Positions 1-7,529 of a DNA stretch of 11,955 bases are shown in pieces (position 1 is the first letter of the stretch; the number at the start of each line of letters is the position of its first letter). The position numbers and the translations under genes were made by a program. The stretch comes from Candidatus Eiseniibacteriota bacterium (GTDB lineage Bacteria > Eisenbacteria > RBG-16-71-46), in NCBI GenBank assembly GCA_041483195.1, contig JBGPFC010000060.1:1-11955 (forward strand). Direction: 5' to 3'. Below the pieces are notes generated by a model that worked only from the letters and a program-made list of their open reading frames with translations, was not told the DNA's origin and did not search any database.

Positions 1-140
1 GTGTCCTCGATCGCGCGCAGGTCCAGCGTCGCCACCACCTCGCGGACGAACCGCGCCAGGTGGCCTTCGGGAAGCCACTCCTCGATGGAGGGCGGCAACA
101 GCAACTGCTGATCGGGCTGGTACGGGCGGAAGGTCTTCAT
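1..140 (-). CDS. IS1182-family transposase, N-terminal part (runs off the window edge)
   Basis: Not in the ORF track. Manual translation from the ATG at 140 gives MKTFRPYQPDQQLLLPPSIEEWLPEGHLARFVREVVATLDLRAIED, matching the typical IS1182 N-terminus (F+PY..DQ.LLLPPSL.EWLPE.HLA.FV..VV..LDL). Confidence 0.9.
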   Translation of the reverse strand, partial: MKTFRPYQPDQQLLLPPSIEEWLPEGHLARFVREVVATLDLRAIED

Positions 141-203
141 ATCCGCATCTTCCACACCGTCACCAGTCCACGCCAGAACTTTGACGAATACTCGGACAGG
201 CTC
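1..203 (-). mobile_element. IS1182-like insertion sequence, left end (partial); putative terminal IR about 189-203; candidate target site CTAG at 204-207
   Basis: The transposase starts 63 nt inside the boundary. The minus strand reads CTAG|GAGCCTGTCCGAGTA..., an IS-end-like sequence directly after the host gene stop. The other end is outside the window, so the IR and target duplication are unconfirmed. Confidence 0.7.
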
Positions 204-1646
204 CTAGCCAACGCTCGCGCCCTGCGAGTCGGGGAGCGCGATTTCCTTCTGAACGATGCGCACCCCGATGCGGCGGAGAAACTCGTAAGGAGGCTCGCCC
301 CCGATCCGGATCACCACCCAGTCGTTGGGCTGGATCCGCGACTGGCCGTTCACGTCGAGCACCACCACGTCCTTGCGAATCTCGCGCAGCTGGCTCTGGA
401 ACAGCGGCGTCACCCTGCCGCTCCGCACCGCGGCATCGAACTTGGTGCGATTGCGTTCCTTCACGCGACTCAGCGCATCGCCGCGATACGAGAGCACGAT
501 CTCGGTGCCCGGCTGGTTCGCGAGGCCGAGCGCCGATTCGACGGCGCTGTCGCCGCCGCCCACCACCAGCAGGCGCGCGTTCGCGAACTGCTCCATCTCG
601 ACGATGTCGAAGAACACCTTGTCCAGGTCCTCGCCCGGCACGCCGAGGCGTCGCGGCGTGCCGCGCCGCCCGATCGCGAGCACCACGCGCCGCGCGCGGA
701 AGCTGCCGCCGCCCGCCGTGACGTGGAACATCCCGCCTTCGCGCTCGATGCGCTCCACCCGCAGGCCGGTGCGGATGTGGAGCCCGGTGCGCGCGATGAT
801 CGCCTCCCACACGCGCAGCAACTCCTCCTTCGAGGAGTCGGCGACCCACAGGTCGCCGTAGAGCGGGACGCGCAGCGGCTCGGCGAGCAGCAGCTTGTGC
901 CGCGGATACTTCCGGATCGAATCCGCGAGCGTGCCCTGCTCGAGCACGGCGTAGCGCAGGCCCGAGCGGTGCGCCTCGAGCGCCGCGCTCAGCCCTGCCG
1001 GGCCGGAGCCCACGATCAGCAGGTCGAACGCCTCCGCGTCGCCGTCGGCGCGCGGCGCGTCCGGCGGCAGCGCGCGCGCGACGTCTTCGACCGCGATCTT
1101 GCCTTCGTTGATGGCGTTCTTGATGAGCCCGCGCCCGCCCAGCTCGCCCACCACGTAGAGTCCCGGAACGCTGCTCTCGAATCCCGCGTTCAGCTCCGGC
1201 ACCTCCACCTGCTGCACCGCATCGCCGGTCGTGAGCACGATCGCGCTCACCGGGCATGCCGCGACGCACTGGCCGTGGCCGACGCATGCCTCGCGGTTCA
1301 CGGACGCGATCTTGTCGCTGAGGCGGATCGCGCCCGGCTCGGGGCAGGCCGCGACGCACGTGCCGCAGCCGACGCACACGTCGGTGCGCACGATGGCGTG
1401 CGCAGGGCCGCTCGCGGCGGGCGCGCCGCCGGACGCGACCGGCGCGGCCACCATCTCGAACGCCTGCATCGGCACGCCGCAGCCCGGACAAAACGTCGCG
1501 CCTTCCGGCATCAGCGCCGAACAGCGCGGGCAGGGCGCGGCGGCGGCCTCGACCGTGTGGCGGCCGCGGCGGTTCGCGCGCGCGTGGCGGAACACCATGA
1601 AAGCTGTGAGCGCGACGAACGCGAGCGTGGTGAGGATCGAGTTCAT
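204..1646 (-). CDS. Membrane-anchored Zn-ribbon / 2x[4Fe-4S] ferredoxin / thioredoxin-reductase-like (YpdA/FNR-like) FAD-NAD(P)H oxidoreductase, 480 aa
   Basis: Start reassigned to the ATG at 1646 (MNSILTTLAFVALTAFMVF), which overlaps the upstream stop (TGATG). Motifs: N-terminal TM helix, CPRC..CPGC, CVGCGTCVAACP, CVGHGQCVAACP, IVGSGPAGLSAA (FAD), VVGGGDSAVE (NAD(P)H), VVLAIGRRG. Confidence 0.88.
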   Translation of the reverse strand: MNSILTTLAFVALTAFMVFRHARANRRGRHTVEAAAAPCPRCSALMPEGATFCPGCGVPMQAFEMVAAPVASGGAPAASGPAHAIVRTDVCVGCGTCVAACPEPGAIRLSDKIASVNREACVGHGQCVAACPVSAIVLTTGDAVQQVEVPELNAGFESSVPGLYVVGELGGRGLIKNAINEGKIAVEDVARALPPDAPRADGDAEAFDLLIVGSGPAGLSAALEAHRSGLRYAVLEQGTLADSIRKYPRHKLLLAEPLRVPLYGDLWVADSSKEELLRVWEAIIARTGLHIRTGLRVERIEREGGMFHVTAGGGSFRARRVVLAIGRRGTPRRLGVPGEDLDKVFFDIVEMEQFANARLLVVGGGDSAVESALGLANQPGTEIVLSYRGDALSRVKERNRTKFDAAVRSGRVTPLFQSQLREIRKDVVVLDVNGQSRIQPNDWVVIRIGGEPPYEFLRRIGVRIVQKEIALPDSQGASVG

Positions 1647-2644
1647 CAGCTGAGCCAGGTCATGCCGGTCGCGATCGCGACGCCGACGTGGATGAGCACC
1701 GCGATCAGCGCGGTCATCGCGAATGGACGGTGCGCGACGTGCCAGTAGCCGAACACCCGGCGGCCGGCGTCGAGCATGCGCACCTGCTGCGCGAGCGCGA
1801 TGTCGCGCTTCGCGAGCGCGAGCGCCTCGCCGAGCGCTTCGCGATCGAGCGGCGGCTTGCCAACGACCGGCCGTTCCCACTCGTGCCGGAGCGCGGCGAT
1901 CGCGCGGCGGCGCGACAGGTCGTCGAGCACCATGCGGCGCAGGATGCCGGTGACGCCGCTCGCCGGAACCGGCTCGACCGCCGCCATCAGCGAGCGTTCG
2001 ATCGCGTCGGGATCGCGCCCGGTGGTGAGCGCGATGCGCTTGATGAGGGTGCGCCGCTGCTCCGCCACCTCCTCGCGCGACAGTTCCGTGCCGGTCATGC
2101 TGCGCGGGATGTGCACGTAGAGGTAGCGCCCGACGATGCCGCTCAGCGCGACCGTGAGCATCGCCCAGTAACCGAGCCCGATGAGCCCGGTAAAGCGCCA
2201 CCCCGCGTGCACCGCGACCACCAGCGAGATGATGAGCCCCGCCACGGTGTGCACGCGCAGCCAGCTGCCGACGCGCCCGGTCCACGCGAGCCAGCGCACG
2301 CTCTTGCGCAGCGGGTAGAGCCACAGGAAGAGGAACAGCAGCAGGCCGAGGATGCCGGCCGACTGGCCGACGATGCCGGATGGTTTGAGCCAGGAATGAA
2401 GCGGGTGGCGCACCCGACCGCCGGTTCCGAGGACGTAATAGGGCATGCCCCATACCGTCACGGCGAGCGGGATCATGCTCGCCGCAATGAGGGCGATGCG
2501 ATCTGAGACAGGCTTCGCGCGGGCGGCTGGTTGCAAAAGGCGACTCCGGGTTGCGAAGACCGGCGTGTGCCCGGTCGATGGCGCTTGAGGACTGGCTACC
2601 CGCGGTGGGGGCGCGGGGACCGCACCCGTCAGGGCAAGCGGCAT
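1646..2644 (-). CDS. Polytopic membrane protein, ferric-reductase/cytochrome b-like (conserved His residues); start uncertain
   Basis: Several hydrophobic helices with WLRVH, HAG, SGIVGRYLYVHIPR, WHVAHRPF and LIHV motifs; coupled to the downstream flavoprotein. Start placed at ATG 2644 because a TATGAT -10 lies at 2674-2669; the track's 2680 start or a later start is possible. Confidence 0.8.
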   Translation of the reverse strand: MPLALTGAVPAPPPRVASPQAPSTGHTPVFATRSRLLQPAARAKPVSDRIALIAASMIPLAVTVWGMPYYVLGTGGRVRHPLHSWLKPSGIVGQSAGILGLLLFLFLWLYPLRKSVRWLAWTGRVGSWLRVHTVAGLIISLVVAVHAGWRFTGLIGLGYWAMLTVALSGIVGRYLYVHIPRSMTGTELSREEVAEQRRTLIKRIALTTGRDPDAIERSLMAAVEPVPASGVTGILRRMVLDDLSRRRAIAALRHEWERPVVGKPPLDREALGEALALAKRDIALAQQVRMLDAGRRVFGYWHVAHRPFAMTALIAVLIHVGVAIATGMTWLS

Positions 2645-2668
2645 GCCACCCGGTCGGTGACCTGAGGC

Positions 2669-2674
2669 ATCATA
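2669..2674 (-). promoter_or_regulatory. Putative -10 element (TATGAT) for the minus-strand redox gene pair
   Basis: 5/6 match to TATAAT in a very GC-rich context, about 25 nt upstream of ATG 2644. No convincing -35. Confidence 0.4.
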
Positions 2675-2725
2675 CCGCACGACCGCGCTTGGGGTTCCAG
2701 CGAATCCGGGCGGCTCGCGGATCGT

Positions 2726-2754
2726 TTGCCGCGACCCATCCTCCCCTATAGAGT
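2726..2754 (+). promoter_or_regulatory. Putative sigma70-type promoter for rocF (TTGCCG-17 bp-TAGAGT)
   Basis: -35-like 2726-2731, 17-nt spacer, TANNNT at 2749-2754, ending 9 nt before the rocF ATG. No Shine-Dalgarno in between. Confidence 0.45.
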
Positions 2755-2763
2755 GCAGCGCTT

Positions 2764-3684
2764 ATGGTCACCAGGAAACGCCAGATCGAGATCATCGGCG
2801 TGCCCGTGGACTTGGGCGCCGGCCGCCGCGGCGTCGACATGGGCCCCTCCGCGATTCGCATCGCCGACCTCGAGCCGCGTCTCGAGCAGCTGGGGCACAA
2901 GGTGCTCGACACCGGCGACATCGACGTGATGATCCCCGAGACTCAGAAAGTCGGGGCGGGAAAGCTCCGCTACAAGACGCCGGTGATGGCCGCGTGCGAG
3001 GAGCTGCGCAAGCGGGTGGAGAAGAGCCTCGGTGAGGGGCGGCTCCCGCTCGTGATCGGCGGCGACCACAGCATCGCGATCGGATCGGTCGCGGGCTCCA
3101 CCAATCACTACGCGCGCCAGAACGAGGGCCTCGGACTCATCTGGTTCGACGCGCACGGCGACGCCAACACGCCAGAGAGCACGCCGTCTGGAAACATCCA
3201 CGGCATGTCGCTCGCGGTCTCGCTCGGCCTCGGCGACTCGGATCTCGTGAACCTCGGCGAGCGCTCGCCCAAGGTGCTCGCGCGCAACACCGTGCTGATC
3301 GGCATCCGCGACCTCGACCCCGGCGAGCGCGAGATTCTGAAGAAGAGCGGCGTCACCGTGTACACCATGCGCGACGTGGACGAGCGCGGCATGCGCGACG
3401 TCGTGGACGAGGCGATCCGCCTCGCCGGCGACAACACCGCCGGCATCCACCTCTCGTTCGATCTCGACGTGGTCGACCCCGAGGACGCGCCCGGCACCGG
3501 AACGCCGGTGTGGGGCGGCATCACCTACCGCGAGGCCCACCTCGCGATGGAAATGCTGAGCGACCGCGCGCAGATCGTGGCGATCGACCTGGTCGAGGTG
3601 AACCCGGTGCTCGACACGCAGAACATGACCGGGATCCTCGCCGCCGAGCTCGCGCAGAGCGTGCTCGGGAAGCGAATTCTCTAG
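2764..3684 (+). CDS. rocF: Arginase, 306 aa
   Basis: GVPVDLGAGRRGVDMGPSAIR, GGDHS, DAHGD, SGNIHGM, SFDLDVVDP and EVNP arginase motifs with intact Mn-binding residues. Confidence 0.97.
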   Translation: MVTRKRQIEIIGVPVDLGAGRRGVDMGPSAIRIADLEPRLEQLGHKVLDTGDIDVMIPETQKVGAGKLRYKTPVMAACEELRKRVEKSLGEGRLPLVIGGDHSIAIGSVAGSTNHYARQNEGLGLIWFDAHGDANTPESTPSGNIHGMSLAVSLGLGDSDLVNLGERSPKVLARNTVLIGIRDLDPGEREILKKSGVTVYTMRDVDERGMRDVVDEAIRLAGDNTAGIHLSFDLDVVDPEDAPGTGTPVWGGITYREAHLAMEMLSDRAQIVAIDLVEVNPVLDTQNMTGILAAELAQSVLGKRIL

Positions 3685-3718
3685 GACGCGGGGAGGCGCG
3701 CGCCCGCGCGCCCCGGCC

Positions 3719-4189
3719 ATGCGCCGCATCGGAGTCGCGCTCGCCGGGTTGCTGATCGCGATCGTCGTCGCGGTGCTCGCCCCGCGCCCGACGCATCACG
3801 TTCCGCCGCCGTCGTCCGGGGCGGGCGGCGCGCCGGCGGCGCGAACGAGCGATGTGGCTCGTGCGCCCGGCGACGGCGCGGCGTCCGCGATCGCGCATCC
3901 CGAGATCGGTTTTCGCTCGCGCGAGCGTCTCGCCGAGCACTTCCGCAAGCACGGGCGGGAATTCGAAGCGCGCGACGAGTCGGACTACCTCGCGCTCGCG
4001 CAGGCGCTGCGCGATCGTGCTGCGGGAGGCGACGTGCTCGAAGCCGTGCGGAGCGACGGCGTGACCACGCGGTTCGATCGCGCGAGCGGCGCGTTCATCG
4101 CGTTCGACCGCGATCTGGTGATCCGCACCTGCTTCAAGCCGAACGACGGCGAGTCGTACTTCCGCCGCCAGCTCGAGCGCGAGCACTGA
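3719..4189 (+). CDS. Secreted or membrane-anchored protein with a polymorphic-toxin-like (putative RNase) C-terminal domain, 156 aa
   Basis: N-terminal MRR plus hydrophobic helix, a Pro/Ala linker, then HFRKHGREF...Y...A...FDRASGAF...D..IRTCFKP...YF..Q. This pattern is recalled from contact-dependent/Rhs/pyocin-like toxin tips; the function is inferred. Confidence 0.75.
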   Translation: MRRIGVALAGLLIAIVVAVLAPRPTHHVPPPSSGAGGAPAARTSDVARAPGDGAASAIAHPEIGFRSRERLAEHFRKHGREFEARDESDYLALAQALRDRAAGGDVLEAVRSDGVTTRFDRASGAFIAFDRDLVIRTCFKPNDGESYFRRQLEREH

Positions 4190-4191
4190 CG

Positions 4192-4680
4192 ATGAGCGAC
4201 GGCGACCCGCACGATTCCGGCACGCCGCAAGCTGGCGGCATTCGCGCGTTCCTGCGCGCGAGGGGCTGCGAGGATCGCATCGTGATCGGCGGGCTCGAGG
4301 GCCTGATCGCCGAGTGGGAGAGCATCGCGGAATCAGTCGAGGGCGGATATCCGCTCGACACGCTGGACGACTACCTCAACGACATGGACCTGCGCGAGCT
4401 GATCGAAGAGGCGCTCGCCGCGGTGCGGGGCCGGCACGACCCGCGCGCGGAAGCCGCCGGCGCGCTGCGCGCGGCGGGCGGCGCCGCGCTCGACGTGCGG
4501 CTCGCGTCGGCGGACGCGCGCATGCGTTCGGCGCTGGTCGCCGCGCGCGGCTGCCTGTGGGGCGAGGCGATCGGGGCGAAGCGCGGATGGAGCGCCGCGC
4601 GCGAGTGGTGGTACTTCATGCGCCCCGCACGCCCAGGTCCCGAGCTGCGCGCCGAGCTGGAAGCGCGGGGGCTCGCGTGA
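4192..4680 (+). CDS. Hypothetical cytoplasmic protein with acidic core; candidate immunity protein, 162 aa
   Basis: Starts 2 nt after the upstream stop, and its stop overlaps the next ATG. Contains an acidic segment W....ESVEGGY...LDDYLNDMDLR and a WWYFMRP motif. Confidence 0.75.
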   Translation: MSDGDPHDSGTPQAGGIRAFLRARGCEDRIVIGGLEGLIAEWESIAESVEGGYPLDTLDDYLNDMDLRELIEEALAAVRGRHDPRAEAAGALRAAGGAALDVRLASADARMRSALVAARGCLWGEAIGAKRGWSAAREWWYFMRPARPGPELRAELEARGLA

Positions 4681-5660
4681 TGGCGCTGCTGCTCGACGAG
4701 GCGGCGGTCGCGAGCGTGCTGCGGATGGCGCCCCTCATCGACCTCATGGAGCGCACGCTCGCGGACTTCTCGACCGGCCGCGCGCTCCAGCCGGTGCGCA
4801 CGGCGATGGCGCTCGAGCCCCACGGTTCGTTCCTCGCGAGCATGCCCGCGTACCTGCGAGAGAGCGGGGCACTCGCGGTCAAGCTCGTGACGCTCGCCGA
4901 GCAGAACTCGGAACGCGGCCTGCCGACCCACCTCGCCACCGTGCTGCTGTTCGATCCAGCGACCGGAGCGCTGCTCGCGCTGATGGACGGACGGCTCATC
5001 ACCGAGATGCGCACCGCTGCGGTCTCGGCCGCCGCGGCGCGCACCCTCGCGCGCGGCGACGCCGGGACGCTCGCGTTGCTGGGCTCGGGCGTCCAGGCGA
5101 AGAGCCATCTCGAGGCGTTCGCGCGGGTGCGCAAGCTGAAGCACGTGCGCGTGTGGAGCCCGACGCGCGAGCATCGCGAGGCGTTCGCGCGCGAGCAGTC
5201 GGCGCCGAGCGGGATCGCGGTCGATGCGGCGGGCTCGGCCGAAGAGGCGGTGCGCGGGGCCGACCTGGTGGTGGTCGCGACCGCGAGCCGCGATGCGGTG
5301 CTGCGCGGGGCGTGGCTCGCCGACGGCGCGCACGTCACCGGCGTCGGCGCGTTCCGCCCCGACCGACGCGAGCTGGACGCCGCGGCGGTCGCGCGCGCGA
5401 GCGTGTACGTGGACTCGCGGGCGGGCGCCGCCGCGGAGGCCGGGGATCTCATCCAGGCGCTCGCCGAGGGCGCCATCACCGCCGACCACGTGCGCGGCGA
5501 GATCGGCGAGGTGTTCGCGGGACGCATCGCGGGCCGGCGCGATCCGCGCGAGATCACGTTCTTCAAGTCGCTCGGCATGGCGGTCGAGGACGCGGCGACC
5601 GCGCAGCACGCGTATCGACTCGCGCGCGAGCGGGGGCTGGGGCGGGAGATCGCGCTCTAG
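4680..5660 (+). CDS. Ornithine cyclodeaminase / mu-crystallin family protein, 326 aa
   Basis: Start at ATG 4680 (TGATG overlap). Motifs MPAY, VKLV, LFDPATG..LALMDG..IT.MRTAAVS, LLGSGVQA, FKSLGMAVED. In the same operon as arginase. Confidence 0.93.
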   Translation: MALLLDEAAVASVLRMAPLIDLMERTLADFSTGRALQPVRTAMALEPHGSFLASMPAYLRESGALAVKLVTLAEQNSERGLPTHLATVLLFDPATGALLALMDGRLITEMRTAAVSAAAARTLARGDAGTLALLGSGVQAKSHLEAFARVRKLKHVRVWSPTREHREAFAREQSAPSGIAVDAAGSAEEAVRGADLVVVATASRDAVLRGAWLADGAHVTGVGAFRPDRRELDAAAVARASVYVDSRAGAAAEAGDLIQALAEGAITADHVRGEIGEVFAGRIAGRRDPREITFFKSLGMAVEDAATAQHAYRLARERGLGREIAL

Positions 5661-5699
5661 CGGGCTTCTGGAGAGGGACCGACAGCCAATCGCGGGGGC

Positions 5700-7529
5700 G
5701 TGACGCAGGCAGCGGGTCGCAGCGCGCGCATCGTGCACACGGTCGCCTCTGGGATGGTGGCGACCGGAGCACTCGAGGGGTTCGGGGCGACCTGGCCGTC
5801 GCGCCCGGCGGTGGCCGGGGCATGCCTCGCGGCGGCCGTGCTGCTCGTCGCATGGCGTGGCAATCCTCCGCCCTCGCGCGGGTGGGCGGAGGTGGGGCCG
5901 GAGGCTCTGCTGTTCGCGATCGCGGCCGCGCTCGCTCCCTCGCCGTGGCCGTGGTTGCTCGCCTGCCTGTCGCTGTGCGCGATCGCGCGATGGGAGCGCA
6001 TGCCGACTTTCGGAGCGGCCGCCGCGCTCGCGCGCGTGCTGCTCGCCATTCGCAACGTGCTGCTCGCGCACGTGCTGGTTTCGGGCACGATCGAGGGCCT
6101 CGGGATCCTCACGCCATCGTTCCGCCCCAGCTTCGTCGCCGGGGTGCCGCTCGACGCCACGCAAGGTGGTGTGTTCTTCGGCATCTCGATGTGGGTGGCG
6201 TGGCTGGCGCTCGCCCTGCTGGCCGAGCGCAAGCCCACCGGCCGCGAGGCCGGGTGGGTCGGCGCGGGCCTCGTGGTCATCGCGGCGATTCGATTCGGAG
6301 CCGTCGCCGCGCTCGCTCCCGCGTTGGCGCGCGAGCCGCACGCGCTCGAATGGACCGCTTCTCCGCCGCTGTCGATGGCCCTCTTCACCCTGCTGTGGCT
6401 CCCCGTGACGAGTCGCGACTTCGGCCCGCGGCCCCAGGAACATCCCGCGCGATGGGGATGGCGGTTCGGCGCCGCGCTCGCGCTCGTGATCGCCGTGATG
6501 AGGTTCCTGCTGTTCTTCGAGGAACCGGGAGTGCCCGGCGGCCGGCGGATGATCCTCGACGACGGCGTGACGTGGGCGATCGCGGGTTTCGGGCCTTCTC
6601 CGCGTCCCGGCGCGGCGCCTCGCGCGACATCGAGGCGTGATGTCGCGTCGCTCGATTCGGCGTCGGTGCTGGTCGTGCTTCGATCCGCCCGCGCGTACTC
6701 GGCGGAAGAACGCGTGGCCGTCGAGCGCTTCGTGCGCGCCGGAGGCGGCCTGCTGCTCGTCGCCGGACCGGCCACGGTGGCCGGCACGCATGCCGCGATC
6801 GACGTTCTCGCCCGGCACTTCGGTTTCGAGTTCGCGGACGACCGGCTGCAATCGCCGCTCGACCCCGGCGGCCAACGCTACGCCGCTCCCGGGATCGCCC
6901 GCCATCCGATCCTCGAAGCGGCCCGGACCTATCGCTTCCCACCCACGTGCTCGATCGTTCCACTCGCCGCGACCGTGCGAACGGTGGTTCGCACCGGCGG
7001 CTTGAGCGGCATGGCGGCGAGCGAGTCCGGCGACTTCGCGAGTGGGCGCGCCCCGCTGTCGGCGAGCACGGGGCCGCACGTCCAGCTCGTGGCGCGGCAC
7101 TGCGGGCGCGGCCGCATCGCCGGGCTCGCCACGGCGCAGCCGTGGACGCTGGCGCAGGCGGGCGCGCCCGATCCGCTCGCCGCCGGCCTCATGGAATGGC
7201 TCGCGCGCCGCAATCGGCTTCCCGACGCCTACACGTTCTCGCGGGTGGTCGTGATCGCGCTGCTGTTGTTCATCCCGGCGCTGCTGTGGCTGCGGCCGCG
7301 TCGGTCGGGGCTGATACTCGCGCTCGCCGCGGCGGCCAACCTCGTCGGCACCCGGACCGCCGACCACATGATGCGGAGGGCCTATTCGCACGGCCTTGCG
7401 GTTCGAGGGATCGAAGCGGAATCTCCGAGCGGGCGGCGGCAGGATCGGATTCGATACGTGGATCCCGGCGGCAGGATCGCGATGGCCGCGGCAGCGAACG
7501 ATGCAAGAACAGGAGGGTGCGTTCCATGA
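5700..7529 (+). CDS. Multi-pass membrane protein with a DUF4350/GldG/GATase1-like soluble domain, about 609 aa (start uncertain)
   Basis: Many hydrophobic segments in the N-terminal half and two near the C-terminus. The central YSAEERVAVERFVRAGGGLLLVAG...LARHFGFEFADD pattern is typical of DUF4350/GATase-like domains. The stop overlaps the next ATG (ATGA). Confidence 0.7.
   Translation: MTQAAGRSARIVHTVASGMVATGALEGFGATWPSRPAVAGACLAAAVLLVAWRGNPPPSRGWAEVGPEALLFAIAAALAPSPWPWLLACLSLCAIARWERMPTFGAAAALARVLLAIRNVLLAHVLVSGTIEGLGILTPSFRPSFVAGVPLDATQGGVFFGISMWVAWLALALLAERKPTGREAGWVGAGLVVIAAIRFGAVAALAPALAREPHALEWTASPPLSMALFTLLWLPVTSRDFGPRPQEHPARWGWRFGAALALVIAVMRFLLFFEEPGVPGGRRMILDDGVTWAIAGFGPSPRPGAAPRATSRRDVASLDSASVLVVLRSARAYSAEERVAVERFVRAGGGLLLVAGPATVAGTHAAIDVLARHFGFEFADDRLQSPLDPGGQRYAAPGIARHPILEAARTYRFPPTCSIVPLAATVRTVVRTGGLSGMAASESGDFASGRAPLSASTGPHVQLVARHCGRGRIAGLATAQPWTLAQAGAPDPLAAGLMEWLARRNRLPDAYTFSRVVVIALLLFIPALLWLRPRRSGLILALAAAANLVGTRTADHMMRRAYSHGLAVRGIEAESPSGRRQDRIRYVDPGGRIAMAAAANDARTGGCVP

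Noticed and set aside
204..2453. 749-aa ORF as listed in the track
   Set aside because: The N-terminal ~270 aa are Arg-rich off-frame translation overlapping the membrane-protein gene; the real start is 1646.
4314..4679. N-terminal extension of the OCD ORF
   Set aside because: It overlaps the 4192-4680 gene in another frame; family similarity begins at ATG 4680.
5700..6500. Exosortase/archaeosortase-like domain in the membrane protein
   Set aside because: No recognisable catalytic Cys motif (e.g. ACSG) or Cys-Arg-His/Arg triad.
4371..7391. 1006-aa minus-strand ORF and other long antisense ORFs (60-1748, 2746-3729, 9626-10519, 10525-11718)
   Set aside because: Arg/Ala/Pro-rich shadow ORFs typical of high-GC DNA, opposite better-supported genes and without recognisable motifs.
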